Source: Eledone cirrhosa
Taxonomy: Eukaryota
Assembly: GCA_964016885.1 (NCBI GenBank)
Contig: OZ024757.1
Coordinates: forward strand, 36,828,001-36,892,000
Direction of reading: 5' to 3'
DNA length: 64,000 nt
Shown here: in pieces, positions 27,310 to 39,221 of the stretch
Layout of the letters: each line of letters begins with the position of its first letter
How positions within the stretch are numbered: the stretch's first letter is position 1
Position numbers and translations under genes: made by a program
The notes under the pieces: generated by a model
The model's database searches: none
What the model saw: the letters and a program-made list of their open reading frames with translations, nothing else
Told to the model about the DNA's origin: nothing

Positions 27310-27810
27310 GTTGCAGCTCACTCTGATGTAGCTTTACTTAGCCTCCTATGAGGTTGTATCTCATAAGAGGTTTCTTGAGTGTTTTAATGATAAGGGCCTA
27401 GTCCTATCATGTTGTTACAGCTCACACTTATGTAAGTTTGTCTTGTAGGAGGTTTCTTGATTGTTTTAATGATAGGGGGCCCCAGTCCTATCATATTGTT
27501 GTTACAGCTCACACCTATGTAAGTTTGTCTTGTAGGACATTTCTTGAGTGTTTTAATGAAGGTTTCTTGAGTGTTTTAATGGTAAGGCCCCAGTCCTATT
27601 ATGGTGTTACAGCTCACACCTATGTAGGTTTAGCTGGCCTCCTACAAGGTTGAATCTTATAGGAGGTTTTTGGGGGTGTTTTTATGACAGGGGCCCAGTC
27701 CTATCAAGGTGCTGTTACAGCTCACAACTATGCAGATTTGGCTGGCCTCCCACAAGATTATATCTCATAGGTTTCTTAGATACTTTAATGGTAGGAGTCT
27801 CAGTCCTATC
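27310..27810. repeat. Degenerate tandem repeat (gttacagctcacacctatgta..cccagtcctatca)
   Basis: About 5 copies of 80-120 bp. Confidence 0.75.
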
Positions 27811-27844
27811 ATAAAAAAACAGTGTGAAATGAAGCATCTTGTCT

Positions 27845-29200
27845 AGTGCTGGTGGTAGTTATAATGATGATGATGATGATGATGGTGATGGAGGTACTAA
27901 GAATCATTGTGATGGTGGTTATGGTAGCGGTAGTGATGGTGATGATGATGGTGGTGTTGGAGGTACTAAGAAGGATTGTGTTGATGGTTATGGGATCAGA
28001 AATGATGGTAGTGATAGTGATTGTGATGATGGTGATGGTGGTGATGATGGTGATGATGGCGATGATGATGGTGATGATGGCGATGATGATGGTGATGATG
28101 GTACTGGTGATGATACTGGTGATGATGATAGTGGTGATGATGATACTGGTGATGATGATGATAAGTGACGTAAAGTGGTTTACACGTGGAATGTAACAAC
28201 AGATGAAGTTGATTTGGAGATATAACAGACAATACAATAGTGGTGATGGTGGTGGTGATGGTGGTGATGGTGATGGTGGTGGTGGTGATGGTGGTGGTGG
28301 TGGTGGTGATTTCGGTGATGGTGGTGGTGGTGGTGGTGGTGATTTCGGTGATGGTGGTGGTGATGGTGGTGATGGTGATGGTGATGGTGGTGATGGTGAT
28401 GGTGATGGTGGTGATGGTGATGGTGGTGGTGGTGATTTCGGTGATGGTGGTGATGGTGATGGTGGTGGTGGTGATGGTGGTGATGGTGATGGTGATGGTG
28501 GTGATGGTGATGGTGGTGGTGGTGGTGGTGATTTCGGTGATGGTGGTGGTGGTGGTGGTGGTGATTTCGGTGATGGTGGTGGTGATGGTGGTGATGGTGA
28601 TGGTGGTGATGGTGATGGTGATGGTGGTGATGGTGATGGTGGTGATGGTGATGGTGATGGTGGTGATGGTGATGGTGGTGGTGGTGATTTCGGTGATGGT
28701 GGTGGTGGTGGTGGTGGTGATTTTGGTGATGGTGGTGGTGATGGTGGTGGTGGTGGTGGTGGTGGTGATTTCGGTAATGGTGGTGGTGATGGTGGCGGTG
28801 GTTGTGGCGATGGTGGCGGTGGCGGTGGTGATGGTGGTGGTGATTTCGGTGATGGTGGCGGTGGTGGTGGCGATGGTGATGGTGGTGGTGATTTTGGTGA
28901 TGGTGGCGGTGGCGATGGTGATGGTGGTGATGGTGATGGTGGTGGTGATGGTGGTATTGTTGTTGGTGGTGGTGGTGATGGTGGTGTGATGGTGGTGGTG
29001 GTGGTGGTGATGGTGGTGGTGGTGGTGATGATGGTACTAACAATGGTGGTGATGGTAATGATGATACTGGTAGTGATGATGGCAATGATGATGATGATGA
29101 TACGGGCCCTGATTAAAATGATGACGATGATGATGATGCTACTGGCAATGAAGATGATGATGATATTGGCAATGAAGATGATGATGATACTGGCGATGAT
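27845..29200. repeat. (GGT/GAT)n low-complexity array
   Basis: Seen directly; recurring gatttcggtgat variant. Confidence 0.95.
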
Positions 29201-29317
29201 TGTTTGTTGATATGACAAAGCAGAGATAAAAGAACCACATTGTTTCATCTTGCTCAAACTTAACAACAGAATTATTCTATACCCCCCCCTCCCCTAAAAA
29301 AAATAATAATAATAATA

Positions 29318-29502
29318 ATTGTTTCTACTTTTGGCACAAGGCCAGCAATTATCCCAAGTGCATTACTGGTACTTTATTTTATCGACCCCCGTAAGGATGA
29401 AATGCAAAGTTAACCTCAACGGGATTTGAACTCAGAACGTAAAGGACCATAACTCTGTGCTGTAAAGGATAGTGTCTGATGCTCTACCGATACTGCCAAT
29501 CC
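29318..29502 (-). mobile_element. SINE (Meta-domain-like family)
   Basis: Reverse complement of the 1412 family with an (AAT)n tail. Confidence 0.8.
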
Positions 29503-30023
29503 AAATGTGACAACATAACAAAGAGGACCAGATATTACAGAGTTGGTTCTATAGATAGTACTTTGTAATAGTGTTGTTTCTTTCTAAAATAAATGAGATG
29601 GTCATAATTGGAATGTCTTTCTTTGATCAAAGGTCTTCTCATTCAAGGCTGCTGGTAGTAATATACAATACTACTAACTGATGTTGTGAGGACTGTCCCC
29701 TAATAAACAGTATTTAAAAGGGCACATTATATAATGTGGGGTTGAGGATGGGAGAAAGTGACATGTAAGCCCCTCAGGTCATCAATAGTGGAAGTGAAGG
29801 GGACAAGAAAAATATCTGAAAATTAGGGAAACTTTGAAAATCAGGTCACTTCCGCAACTGGGAGGAAGTTTGAATTGTGTAGGGTTTTACATATATACAT
29901 ACATATATACATACATATATACATACATATATACACTCACACTCACTCATGACACATGCTCTTGTTCATACACATGCACACACAACACAAACATAAACAC
30001 ACACACATATATATACATACATA

Positions 30024-30069
<46 letters not shown>

Positions 30070-30074
30070 TACGT

Positions 30075-30133
<59 letters not shown>

Positions 30134-30680
30134 TATATATATACACATATATACGTATATACACATATATATATATATATAAGCATACACACACACACAC
30201 ATATATACATATAAACAAACAAACACACACACACACACAAAGAATACATAATATATCCTGTAATTTCCCCCAAAAAACACTGAATAATAGATTAGTTTGG
30301 TTCAGACTGGATATGGAGGGGAGAGGGGGGGGGGCAACCCTTTTGGTTACAGGATGTATAGGACCCCTTGTGATATGGAAATTAACAGAAAGATGGTCAC
30401 TGTCATATGAAAAGAACACACCACAGTACAGCACTTACAGTAACATATATATAGAGCAGCACATAATTTAAGTTACTGTTATATATATAAACGGAAAAAA
30501 TGAAACGAAATTTCATTTCTCACTCTTAGTACGGCTGTTACTTAAATATAAGTATGTATACATATATGTATGTATATATATATATATATATATATATGTT
30601 TATTCCAGGTTCATTTAGGGGTAACCACAGTAAGTAAGGTACTCAATACAAAGCAGAGTATAAATAATTAATATAGAAAT

Positions 30681-30731
30681 GGCTTCTACAGGACTAGAAC
30701 TGTTTCTTTCGGGAGAAATCATCAGGAAGCC
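30681..30731 (-). ncRNA. Complete type I hammerhead ribozyme motif (family A)
   Basis: GGCUUC-CUGAUGA-UUUC uccc GAAA-GAA-ACAG uucuaguc CUGU-A|GAAGCC; all three stems fully paired. Confidence 0.85.
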
Positions 30732-30759
30732 CATATATATACATATATATATATAGTCC

Positions 30760-30800
<41 letters not shown>

Positions 30801-30833
30801 GCCCATATATATATACATATATTTATATAGCCC

Positions 30834-30872
<39 letters not shown>

Positions 30873-30905
30873 GCCCATATATATATACATATATTTATAT
30901 AGCCC

Positions 30906-30942
<37 letters not shown>

Positions 30943-31322
30943 GCCCATATATATATACAAGGGCCATGTTTCAGGGGGGTGCCAGGGGACAAGTCCTCCC
31001 CACTTTTTCAAATGTCTTTATTTTATTTTTTCTTTATTTGATATAATAAATTCTTTTTAAGCTTATTTTTGTTTATATCTGAACTTCAATTGAGTAAAAT
31101 TTAATTAGCTTAAAATCTTGCTTATGTGATAGGGTCCGGGAAAGGCACCCTAAGCAATTTATGCTCCTTTAAAGAATCAACAAGTGTTGGTTTGTCCCCC
31201 CCCCCCTCCCACCTATTTTTAAGACAAACGAGGCCCCTGTGTATATATAATAGTAGAACACTGGTGGGTAATATCCATAGTAGTAGAGCACTCAGTCCAT
31301 GGGACGAGTTTGGTAATAGTAG

Positions 31323-31365
31323 ACCGAGCTGAGGATCTGAATAAGGTGAAACATTTGTTCTCGGT
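31323..31365 (+). ncRNA. Type I hammerhead motif (family F)
   Basis: ACCGAG-CUGAGGA-UCUGAAUAAGGU-GAA-ACA uu UGU-U|CUCGGU; stem II weak. Confidence 0.65.
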
Positions 31366-31555
31366 ATGGGCAACTGTTGTAGAACTACTATATATACTGA
31401 AGTAAAAGTTAAGTGGAAATATCCACGAGTAAGAGCACTCAGTCCATAGGACGAGTTTAGTATAAATAATTACAACAGTGACATAAACAGGTACAGAAAA
31501 ATGGAAAACCTTTTCCATTTTTCTGAAATGGAACAGGTTTTCCATTTTTCTCAGG

Positions 31556-31605
31556 ACAGGCTGAAGAAATTGGGGCCCAGAACCCAATGAAACTTGAGTA
31601 CCTGT
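31556..31605 (+). ncRNA. Type I hammerhead ribozyme motif (family G)
   Basis: ACAGG-CUGAAGA-A-AUUGGG gcccagaa CCCAAU-GAA-ACU ug AGU-A|CCUGU. Confidence 0.8.
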
Positions 31606-31736
31606 TTATGTCACTGCTGTAATTATTTATATATATAACCTGTTAGTTTTTTCGTTACTTTGGTATTGTGTGGTTGGGTTTTGCCTACCGCAATGTTCAA
31701 TTTGTCAAGCTATTTAACGTATGTTATTACTCTAAG

Positions 31737-31958
31737 ACTCACTCAGACTCAGAAGCTCCCGCGTCTTGCGACGCATGAGGCAATCATAGTGTTCCATCGC
31801 GTTCGGTCAGCAGCCAGTTGCACAGCGTCCCGCCATTGTCTGTTTGTCGCTCGCAGGTCCCTCTCAACTGTCTGGCGCCAGTTCATATTGGGTCGCCCTC
31901 TCCGTCTGCTTCCCTGCGGGCTCCATTTAAGTACTTGGTTCGCCAGTTTCTCCGGGGG
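31737..31958 (-). mobile_element. Young RTE-clade LINE 3' fragment
   Basis: Hand translation PPEKLANQVLKWSPQGSRRRGRPNMNWRQTVERDL...AADRTRW...GSF*, followed by a short TGAG-repeat tail. Confidence 0.88.
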
Positions 31959-32047
31959 AAGCCTTATTGAGTGCTTTGCTAACTCATTCCTATTGTAGGT
32001 CGACTTTGCTTGCCCACAGCCAAAGCTTCGATTTCACTAAGCTTCCA

Positions 32048-32101
<54 letters not shown>

Positions 32102-32148
32102 AAAGGTAAACAGAAATAACAACACAATCAGTACAGTATATGGAACAT

Positions 32149-32187
<39 letters not shown>

Positions 32188-32222
32188 ATATTAAATGGAA
32201 ACTATATTTATAAAACCATATT

Positions 32223-32288
32223 TATTTTATTATACATATTTCAAGGGCAACCAAGGCAAATTATGGTGCGCTTTCATCAGATAAAATA
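32223..32288 (-). ncRNA. Type I hammerhead motif (family E), left arm of palindrome
   Basis: UAUUUUAU-CUGAUGA-AAGCGCACCA..UGGUUGCCCUU-GAAA-UAUGUA-UA|AUAAAAUA. Confidence 0.8.
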
Positions 32289-32418
32289 CAGATTTGTTTT
32301 ATAAATAAATATTGATATACCCGGAAAAAAGACAACCTTAACGGTTGGAGATTCCAGGATTGCTTTTTATGTATGTCAATATTTATTTATGTCAATATTT
32401 ATTTATAAAACAAATCTG

Positions 32419-32484
32419 TATTTTATCTGATGAAAGCACACCATAATTTGCCTTGGTTGTCCTTGAAATATGTATAATAAAATA
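32419..32484 (+). ncRNA. Type I hammerhead motif (family E), right arm of palindrome
   Basis: UAUUUUAU-CUGAUGA-AAGCACACCA..UGGUUGUCCUU-GAAA-UAUGUA-UA|AUAAAAUA; 8-bp stem I. Confidence 0.8.
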
Positions 32485-32618
32485 AATATGGTTTTATAAA
32501 TATAGTTTCCATTTAATATATTGTGTATTTACTCCACTAAACTGTTGAGTGCTTTATATCAATTATAAAAATGTTTAAGCTTGTTGAATCCCAACAAATT
32601 AAATATAACCTCTGCATA

Positions 32619-32653
<35 letters not shown>

Positions 32654-33009
32654 TTTCTTCTTTTTGTTTGTTTCAGTTTAGGTATTTTAACTTTTAACCT
32701 CAACAAGTTGCAGATTTGATTGTGTTGGAACAATTAGTGTAGACCACAACAATTACTCGGCTGTACAGTTCAACAAATTGTGGTTCTCTTCTTTTGTTTT
32801 ATTATTTTACCTATCATTATTTAGTTTGTTTGTTTGTGTCTTTATTTTTTCTTAATTTCTTTCTTCTGTTGAGACATAAATTCTAATGGTTTAACTATCA
32901 TTCATCATCATCATCATCGATATTTCTACATTATTCTATGTACTATACATGCACCTTTGATGAGTTGTAGTGCACCTGAGCACTGCACACAATAAGTTTC
33001 ATTATCATA

Positions 33010-33190
33010 TTGGCAGTATTGGTAGAAGGCCGGACACCATGCTTTGCAGCGTAGAGTTATGGCCCTTTACGTTCTGAGTTCAAATCCCACCAAGGTGAAC
33101 TTTGCCTTTCATCCTTACGAGGTCGATAAAATAAAGTACCAGTAATGCACTGGGGTTATTGCTGGCCTTGTGCCAAAAGTAGAAACAAAT
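33010..33190 (+). mobile_element. SINE (Meta-domain-like family)
   Basis: Same family as 1412. Confidence 0.8.
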
Positions 33191-33883
33191 ATTATAAATA
33201 TCATCCTCCTCATCATGTTTTTACATTCGTTTTCCATGCTGGCATGGGTTGGAGTGGTTTGGCATGGTCTGAGACATAGTTTCGATAGCTGGATGCCCTT
33301 TCTAACACTAGGATGCTTGTCCTAATACCAGAATGCCCTTCCTAACCCCAGGTACCCTTTCTAACTCAAAATACCCTTCTTATATCCATGGTACTCTTCC
33401 TTACTCACAAAACACTCTTCCTAATGCTAGGATGCCCTTATTAATTCCATGGTGTCCTTCCTAAGCCCCAAATGCCTTTCTTAATGCTAAAATACCCTTC
33501 TGAACATCAAGATGCCTATCCTAACCCCCAAATGCTCTGCTCAATGCCAGTATACTTTTCCTAATGCAAAAATGCCCTTCCTAATGCCACAGTATCCTTC
33601 CTTGTGTCAAATATTATTTTTGTAACACTTTTATGATGAGAGATAGTACTTATTATTTCTGATGAGAGACACTACTTATAATTTTTAACCCATTTAGAAA
33701 ATAATTGTTTCTACTTTAGGCACAAGGCCAGCAATCACCCAGTGCATTACTGGTACTTTATTTTATCGACCCCGTAAGGAAATGAAGAGTTTGGAGAGAT
33801 TTAGCTAAATAACTAGTTTTCCCATCAAGTTAGTGTTTGGAACATAACTTAACAAAAGTTCTTATATAAAATAAGGATAGAAG

Positions 33884-34230
33884 GTCTTCTCCTCTTCTTC
33901 ACCCACTTATTCCTGAGAGAGACACTCCAAGTAGAGTCGTTATTTCTCCGAATTGAGGGATCACAGCTCCAATACTATGGGCATGTGGTTAGAATGTCTC
34001 AGGAAAGAATTGCTGGACAAATTTTACGGGCAAAACCAGCCGGCAGGAGACCCAGTGATAAATCCCAAGCAAGATGGTTGGATAGCATCCATGAGCTTGG
34101 CTGGTCATGTTTGGGGATCCAGCCAGATTAGTTGGAGACGGGTGCTTCTGACAGGACCTACTGGAGGGAGTGTTTGAGGACTCTGACCCCACGACCCTCT
34201 CAGGAATAAGTGGGTGAAGAAGAAGAAGAC
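33884..34230 (+). mobile_element. RTE (Rex3/Expander-like) 3' fragment with an inverted 3'-end copy upstream
   Basis: RWLDSIHELGWSCLGIQP..DRTYWRECLRTLTPRP, then (GAA)n; related pieces at 35110-35265 and 35855-36000. Confidence 0.7.
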
Positions 34231-34940
34231 TGCCCCATTCATCAAACAACTGGAGCACTCATCATTAGAACCTACTGAGGTCCCAACACACACACACCTA
34301 CATAAGAAGCGGTCCTTAACCATATAACACGGTTGTGTTTCAACGGTCGCATGAGTGCATTAGACAAATATATAGATTTGCGTGTGAGTATGCTAAAGGG
34401 GAAGGGTCACAAATTCACACGGTAACCTCTCGCCCCTCTAAAACACACCGGAAGCATCATTAGATAACAGAAACTGTAGCCCCCCCCCCCCCCAGGAATT
34501 TCACTCTAGAGTTCTACTTCTTTCATTTATCACCAGATGGCAGCAGGTGTCAAAGGTCAGAAATATGCCGCTAGATATGAAGAGTTTGAAGAAAGATTTC
34601 TCATTCTATCAAAATGGATCTTTGCAGGCTTCACAGAGACTGTGGGTACCTCCAACAAAGATCTGTTGGGTGAGGGTATAGAGTATACCGTGAGTCCTTG
34701 ACTCCTGGTGGAGTTATAGGGGTGCAATAGTGATATATGCTGTGTCTTGGGCATTTAAACCTGCCAGAGCCCATTGTTCTCTTGCTGATTTTTTCTACAG
34801 AGAGATAGCGAGAGAGTGAGAGAGTGAGAATGTGAGAGAGAGAGAGAGTGAGGAGGTGAGAAGGTGATAGCGAGAGGGAGAAAAAGTGAAAGGAGTTGAG
34901 AGAGTAAGAGTGAGGACGTGTGAAAGAGAGAGAAAGCAAG

Positions 34941-35014
<74 letters not shown>

Positions 35015-35772
35015 AGAAGAAAAATCAACCTCAGTACAGAACTGTTATTTTATCAACTTTGAAAGGATGACAGGAAAAGTTTACCTCAGTGGAGTTTGGA
35101 CTGAGATTGATGAGAAAAGATTTTACAAGCAAAACCAGCTGGCAAGAAACCCAGGGGTAGACCCCAAGCAAGATGGGCTCGCTTGGAGATTCAGCCAGAT
35201 CAGTTGGAGACAGTTGCTTCTGGCAGGACCTGCTGAGTGTTTAAGGACTCTTCCCCCACAAGACTGCGTATGTCCATGTCATGACAACACCCCTATGACT
35301 CCATCAGAAGTTAAGGATCCATATATGTATTCTATCCAACATTATAAAGGCTCTGCTAATTCACCACTTTAGGGTATTAAATGCCAAAGGGACTTTGACT
35401 CCTTTAAATTTAATTTAATCTTTTAATCTGTTTGTCGGCATGTGTCTATGCTAACAATATATAGATATATTTAAATTTATAAACAACTCCATTCTTTGAG
35501 ACCAGCCAAGCTCACTGGACTTCTGTTATGGTAATATACTTACTGGAAACTACGCATCAAGTGTTCACTTTGGTGAACCTACAGTAACTTGATGTTACAA
35601 TACCTAAACTATATATATATATATAGTATGTATACAAAAATATAATGCATAACTCACAGAGACTGCACTGCACCCATAAATGCTTGGTAGTGCCTAAACT
35701 GTAAACAAAAATACTTTTGTCTTCATTTGCTACAAAGGGTATAGCTGTTTATTTTGATTATATATGTGTGTG

Positions 35773-35808
<36 letters not shown>

Positions 35809-37254
35809 TAGACGTGTGTATGTATGTATATATATATATATTTAGTAAATGTCCTTCTCTTCTTCTTCGCCCACTTATTCCTGAGATAGTCATGGTAGCA
35901 GAGTCCGCAAGCACTCCTTCCAGTGAGTCCTGTCAGAAGCAACCATCTCCAACAGAGACCATCGAAGCTCATGGATGTTATCTAACCATCTTGCTTGGTG
36001 TCTGATCAGGTGACAATGACTTGCTCATCACACAGAACTGATTCTGGCTTGGTTTCTATGGCTGAATGCCCACCCTAACGCTAACCACATTTACAGTGTG
36101 TACTGGGTGCTTTTTGTTGTGACTCCTACACAACCACTATATATATATAAATGAAAATAGAGAGATTAATGTAAGCAAGAAGCCAACATTAATTCAGACA
36201 TATAAGTGACTATTACATCAAGGTGAAAAATATTTAACGTAAGATATGGGAAAATAATTTAATCCCAATTCAAAACAAGTCAAGACCAGAAATTTTATCC
36301 ACAGATTTTGTGTAATCCGGGGAAAAAACCAATAGAATCTTAACTCAAAATAAAATTAAGAGTAAATACTTATCCGTCAATTTGGAAAAAAATCTACAAA
36401 TGCACTACTATATAGTGCATTTGTAGATTTTTCCTCAGTAGTGCTCAACACATTAACTAAGTTCTACAGCTAAAATATGCCAGAGGGGAATTTAAAAGCA
36501 GGCTAGTCAAACTTCGTGTGGAATTGAATTAATAAACACACATGGAGACAGGGCTAGTGACGTCAGAATGAGACGAATGTCTGTTTACAAGAAACATATA
36601 TATATATATACATATGGAGGACAAGCTGAAGTATACATCCAGCCCACACTCTAAAGTGGTCGTAATGGTGACACAACAAAAAGTGCCCAGTCTACGCTGT
36701 AAAGTGGTCATGTAGGTGTCACGATAAAAAGCACCCAGTACACACTGTAAATATGGTAGGCATTAGGAAGGGCATCCAGCAATAGAAGCCAAACACAGTC
36801 CTCTGACCAGATCTCTCACAAAGAGACAGCCCGTCCTACCCATGCTAGCATGAAAAATGACGTTAAATGATGATGATGATGATATATATATAGATAAAGC
36901 CAAGTTCAGAAGATACAAGAGAAATGAGTTTAAAATATATATTAATATATGAATAAATAGTAGGCTCCTTTTAAATTTAATTTAATCTTTTAATCTGTTT
37001 GTCGATCTATGTCTATGCTTACAATATATAGATATATATAAATTTCTAAACAACTCCATTCTTTGTTAATAAATATTTGGGCACAAGAATACACCCATTG
37101 TTGGTAAAGATGCTCATCAAAAGAAATACCTCACTAGACAAAGCACAAGTCCAGTTAATTTAGGAGAAAAACATATATATATATATATTATTATATATAT
37201 ATATATGTTTATGTGCATGTGTATATAATAATACTAATAATAATTATATATATG

Positions 37255-37420
37255 AAACGATTCAGGACCCCGACGGCTGAGCTCCGGCAGTTTCGACAGC
37301 TAGACCCTTTCTGATATATATATATATATATAACGAAGGAGGTGTGGTAAGGAAACAGGTGGACCATAACGCATCAGAGTACTCAATACTTAGGGTAGTA
37401 GAGTGGGTAATAGGAAAATC
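37255..37420 (-). mobile_element. Two (TA)n-embedded fragments of HHR family C
   Basis: Minus strand UAGCUGUC-GAAA-CUGCC..GCCGUC-GGGGUCC; cccactctactaccctaagtattgagtact. Confidence 0.6.
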
Positions 37421-37478
37421 ATTTTCCTATACATAAATATATTCTCTTTGTATCTAATATCATCACCATCATCATCAT

Positions 37479-37596
<118 letters not shown>

Positions 37597-38021
37597 TACA
37601 TATACAAATATACATATATATATATATATATATATAGTAATTAAGAGCAGACAGACACTCAGCGATGAATAAATATAGTAATTTCCTGAATGAGTGATGT
37701 GTTTACCCCAGCATCACGTATCTGGTGATAGCGGCATGGATAACGGAAGGAGAAATCGTGCTACAAGAATGGTTGACCAGAAAAGCCAGACATTCCATGG
37801 AAACACCAATACTGGTTGGCACCACATGAGGAGAGCGATGGGGTGGGGTAATGATACTATCGGGAGTGACAGCAGCTCAACTCTATCCCACACTACCTTA
37901 CCCTACCCTATCCTGCAATCATTGAGATCTCCAGTCGACAGCTGATGAAGGAAGGAAATGTCCCGCAGAATAAAGTGATTGAAGAATATATATATATATT
38001 GTATATATATATATATTGTAT

Positions 38022-38081
<60 letters not shown>

Positions 38082-38345
38082 CAGCATGTGTTTGACTGAC
38101 GACCATTTAGCCTTAATAATAATTGTTTCTACTTTAGGCACAAGGCCAGCAATTACTCAGTGCATTACTGGTACTTTATTTTATCGACCCCGTAAGGATG
38201 AAAGGCAAATAATAATAATAATTGTTTCTACTTTAGGCACAAGGCCAGCAATTACCTCACTGTATTACTGGTACTTTATTTTATCGACCCCGTAAGGATG
38301 AAAGGCAAAGTCAACCAATGATTTCATTTATTAGCCACAAGGGCC

Positions 38346-38377
<32 letters not shown>

Positions 38378-38598
38378 TATATATATAGAGAGAGAGGGGG
38401 GGGGGATAAATTAGCGACGAAGTCTGCAAAACACAAGTACCTGACAACCAAAATACATATAATCATATAAACATACATACATCTATCTACATACATCTAT
38501 CATGTGTGTGTGTATATATATATATATTTATACATACAGGATAATAGATAAACCAGGCACATTCAATGATTCATTTATTGAATACTGGTAAGTCTCTC

Positions 38599-38670
<72 letters not shown>

Positions 38671-39061
38671 TACCACTGACACAGACTCAAGCGGGGATAG
38701 AAAGACTATAGCAGTGAATGACAGAAAAAACATATTCTAGGGAAAGCGGAAATTGATTGAATTCCAAGGAAATTCAACTAAACAGGAACATGGTTAGGGT
38801 TAGGAGACACAGTTAGCATTGACAGACAGTCTGTGTATATATATATATATATATATATTGTGTGTATATATTATATATAGGTTTGTTTACATGCGTAGAG
38901 ACAACAGACTTGTCGTTTTTTTTTTTATTAAATTCCTATAGATGTATATACATCTATCTATATTATATATACATCTATCTATCTATCTATATAATAGATG
39001 TATATATAATAGTGTCTGCTGCCTAGCTTTGAGTGTTTATCCACAGCACATGTCTGATATA

Positions 39062-39138
39062 CAGGGTGTCCCCCCAAAAAAAAATATATACACACTTCAA
39101 CAGCATTCTAATAAAAGTGTGGATATATTTTTTGGGAC

Positions 39139-39144
<6 letters not shown>
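39062..39144. mobile_element. Very short Tc1/mariner MITE (CAGGGTGTCCC TIR)
   Basis: 83-bp palindromic element flanked by TA. Confidence 0.75.

Positions 39145-39221
<77 letters not shown>

Larger units (their letters stand above)
32183..32617 (+). mobile_element. Penelope-like pseudo-LTR with 5' inverted copy, inside (TA)n
   Basis: Arms 32183-32315 and 32392-32524; HHR; GAGTGCTT; (TA)n on both flanks. Confidence 0.65.

Noticed and set aside
27809-29266. 485-aa extensin-like Ser-Pro ORF and overlapping poly-His / Gly-Asp ORFs
   Set aside because: Triplet repeat open in several frames on both strands, with no unique domain or splice context.
34537-34690. Possible exon after a pyrimidine tract and CAG
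   Set aside because: Two frames are open but neither is recognisable, and there are no partner exons.
35519-35562. Degenerate hammerhead (ACUU-CUGUUAU..GAAA..UC-AAGU)
   Set aside because: Three core mismatches, so it cannot be told from chance.
37935-37975. CUGAUGAAGGA..UCC motif in a (TA)-bounded island
   Set aside because: GAAA does not follow stem II; at most a truncated remnant.
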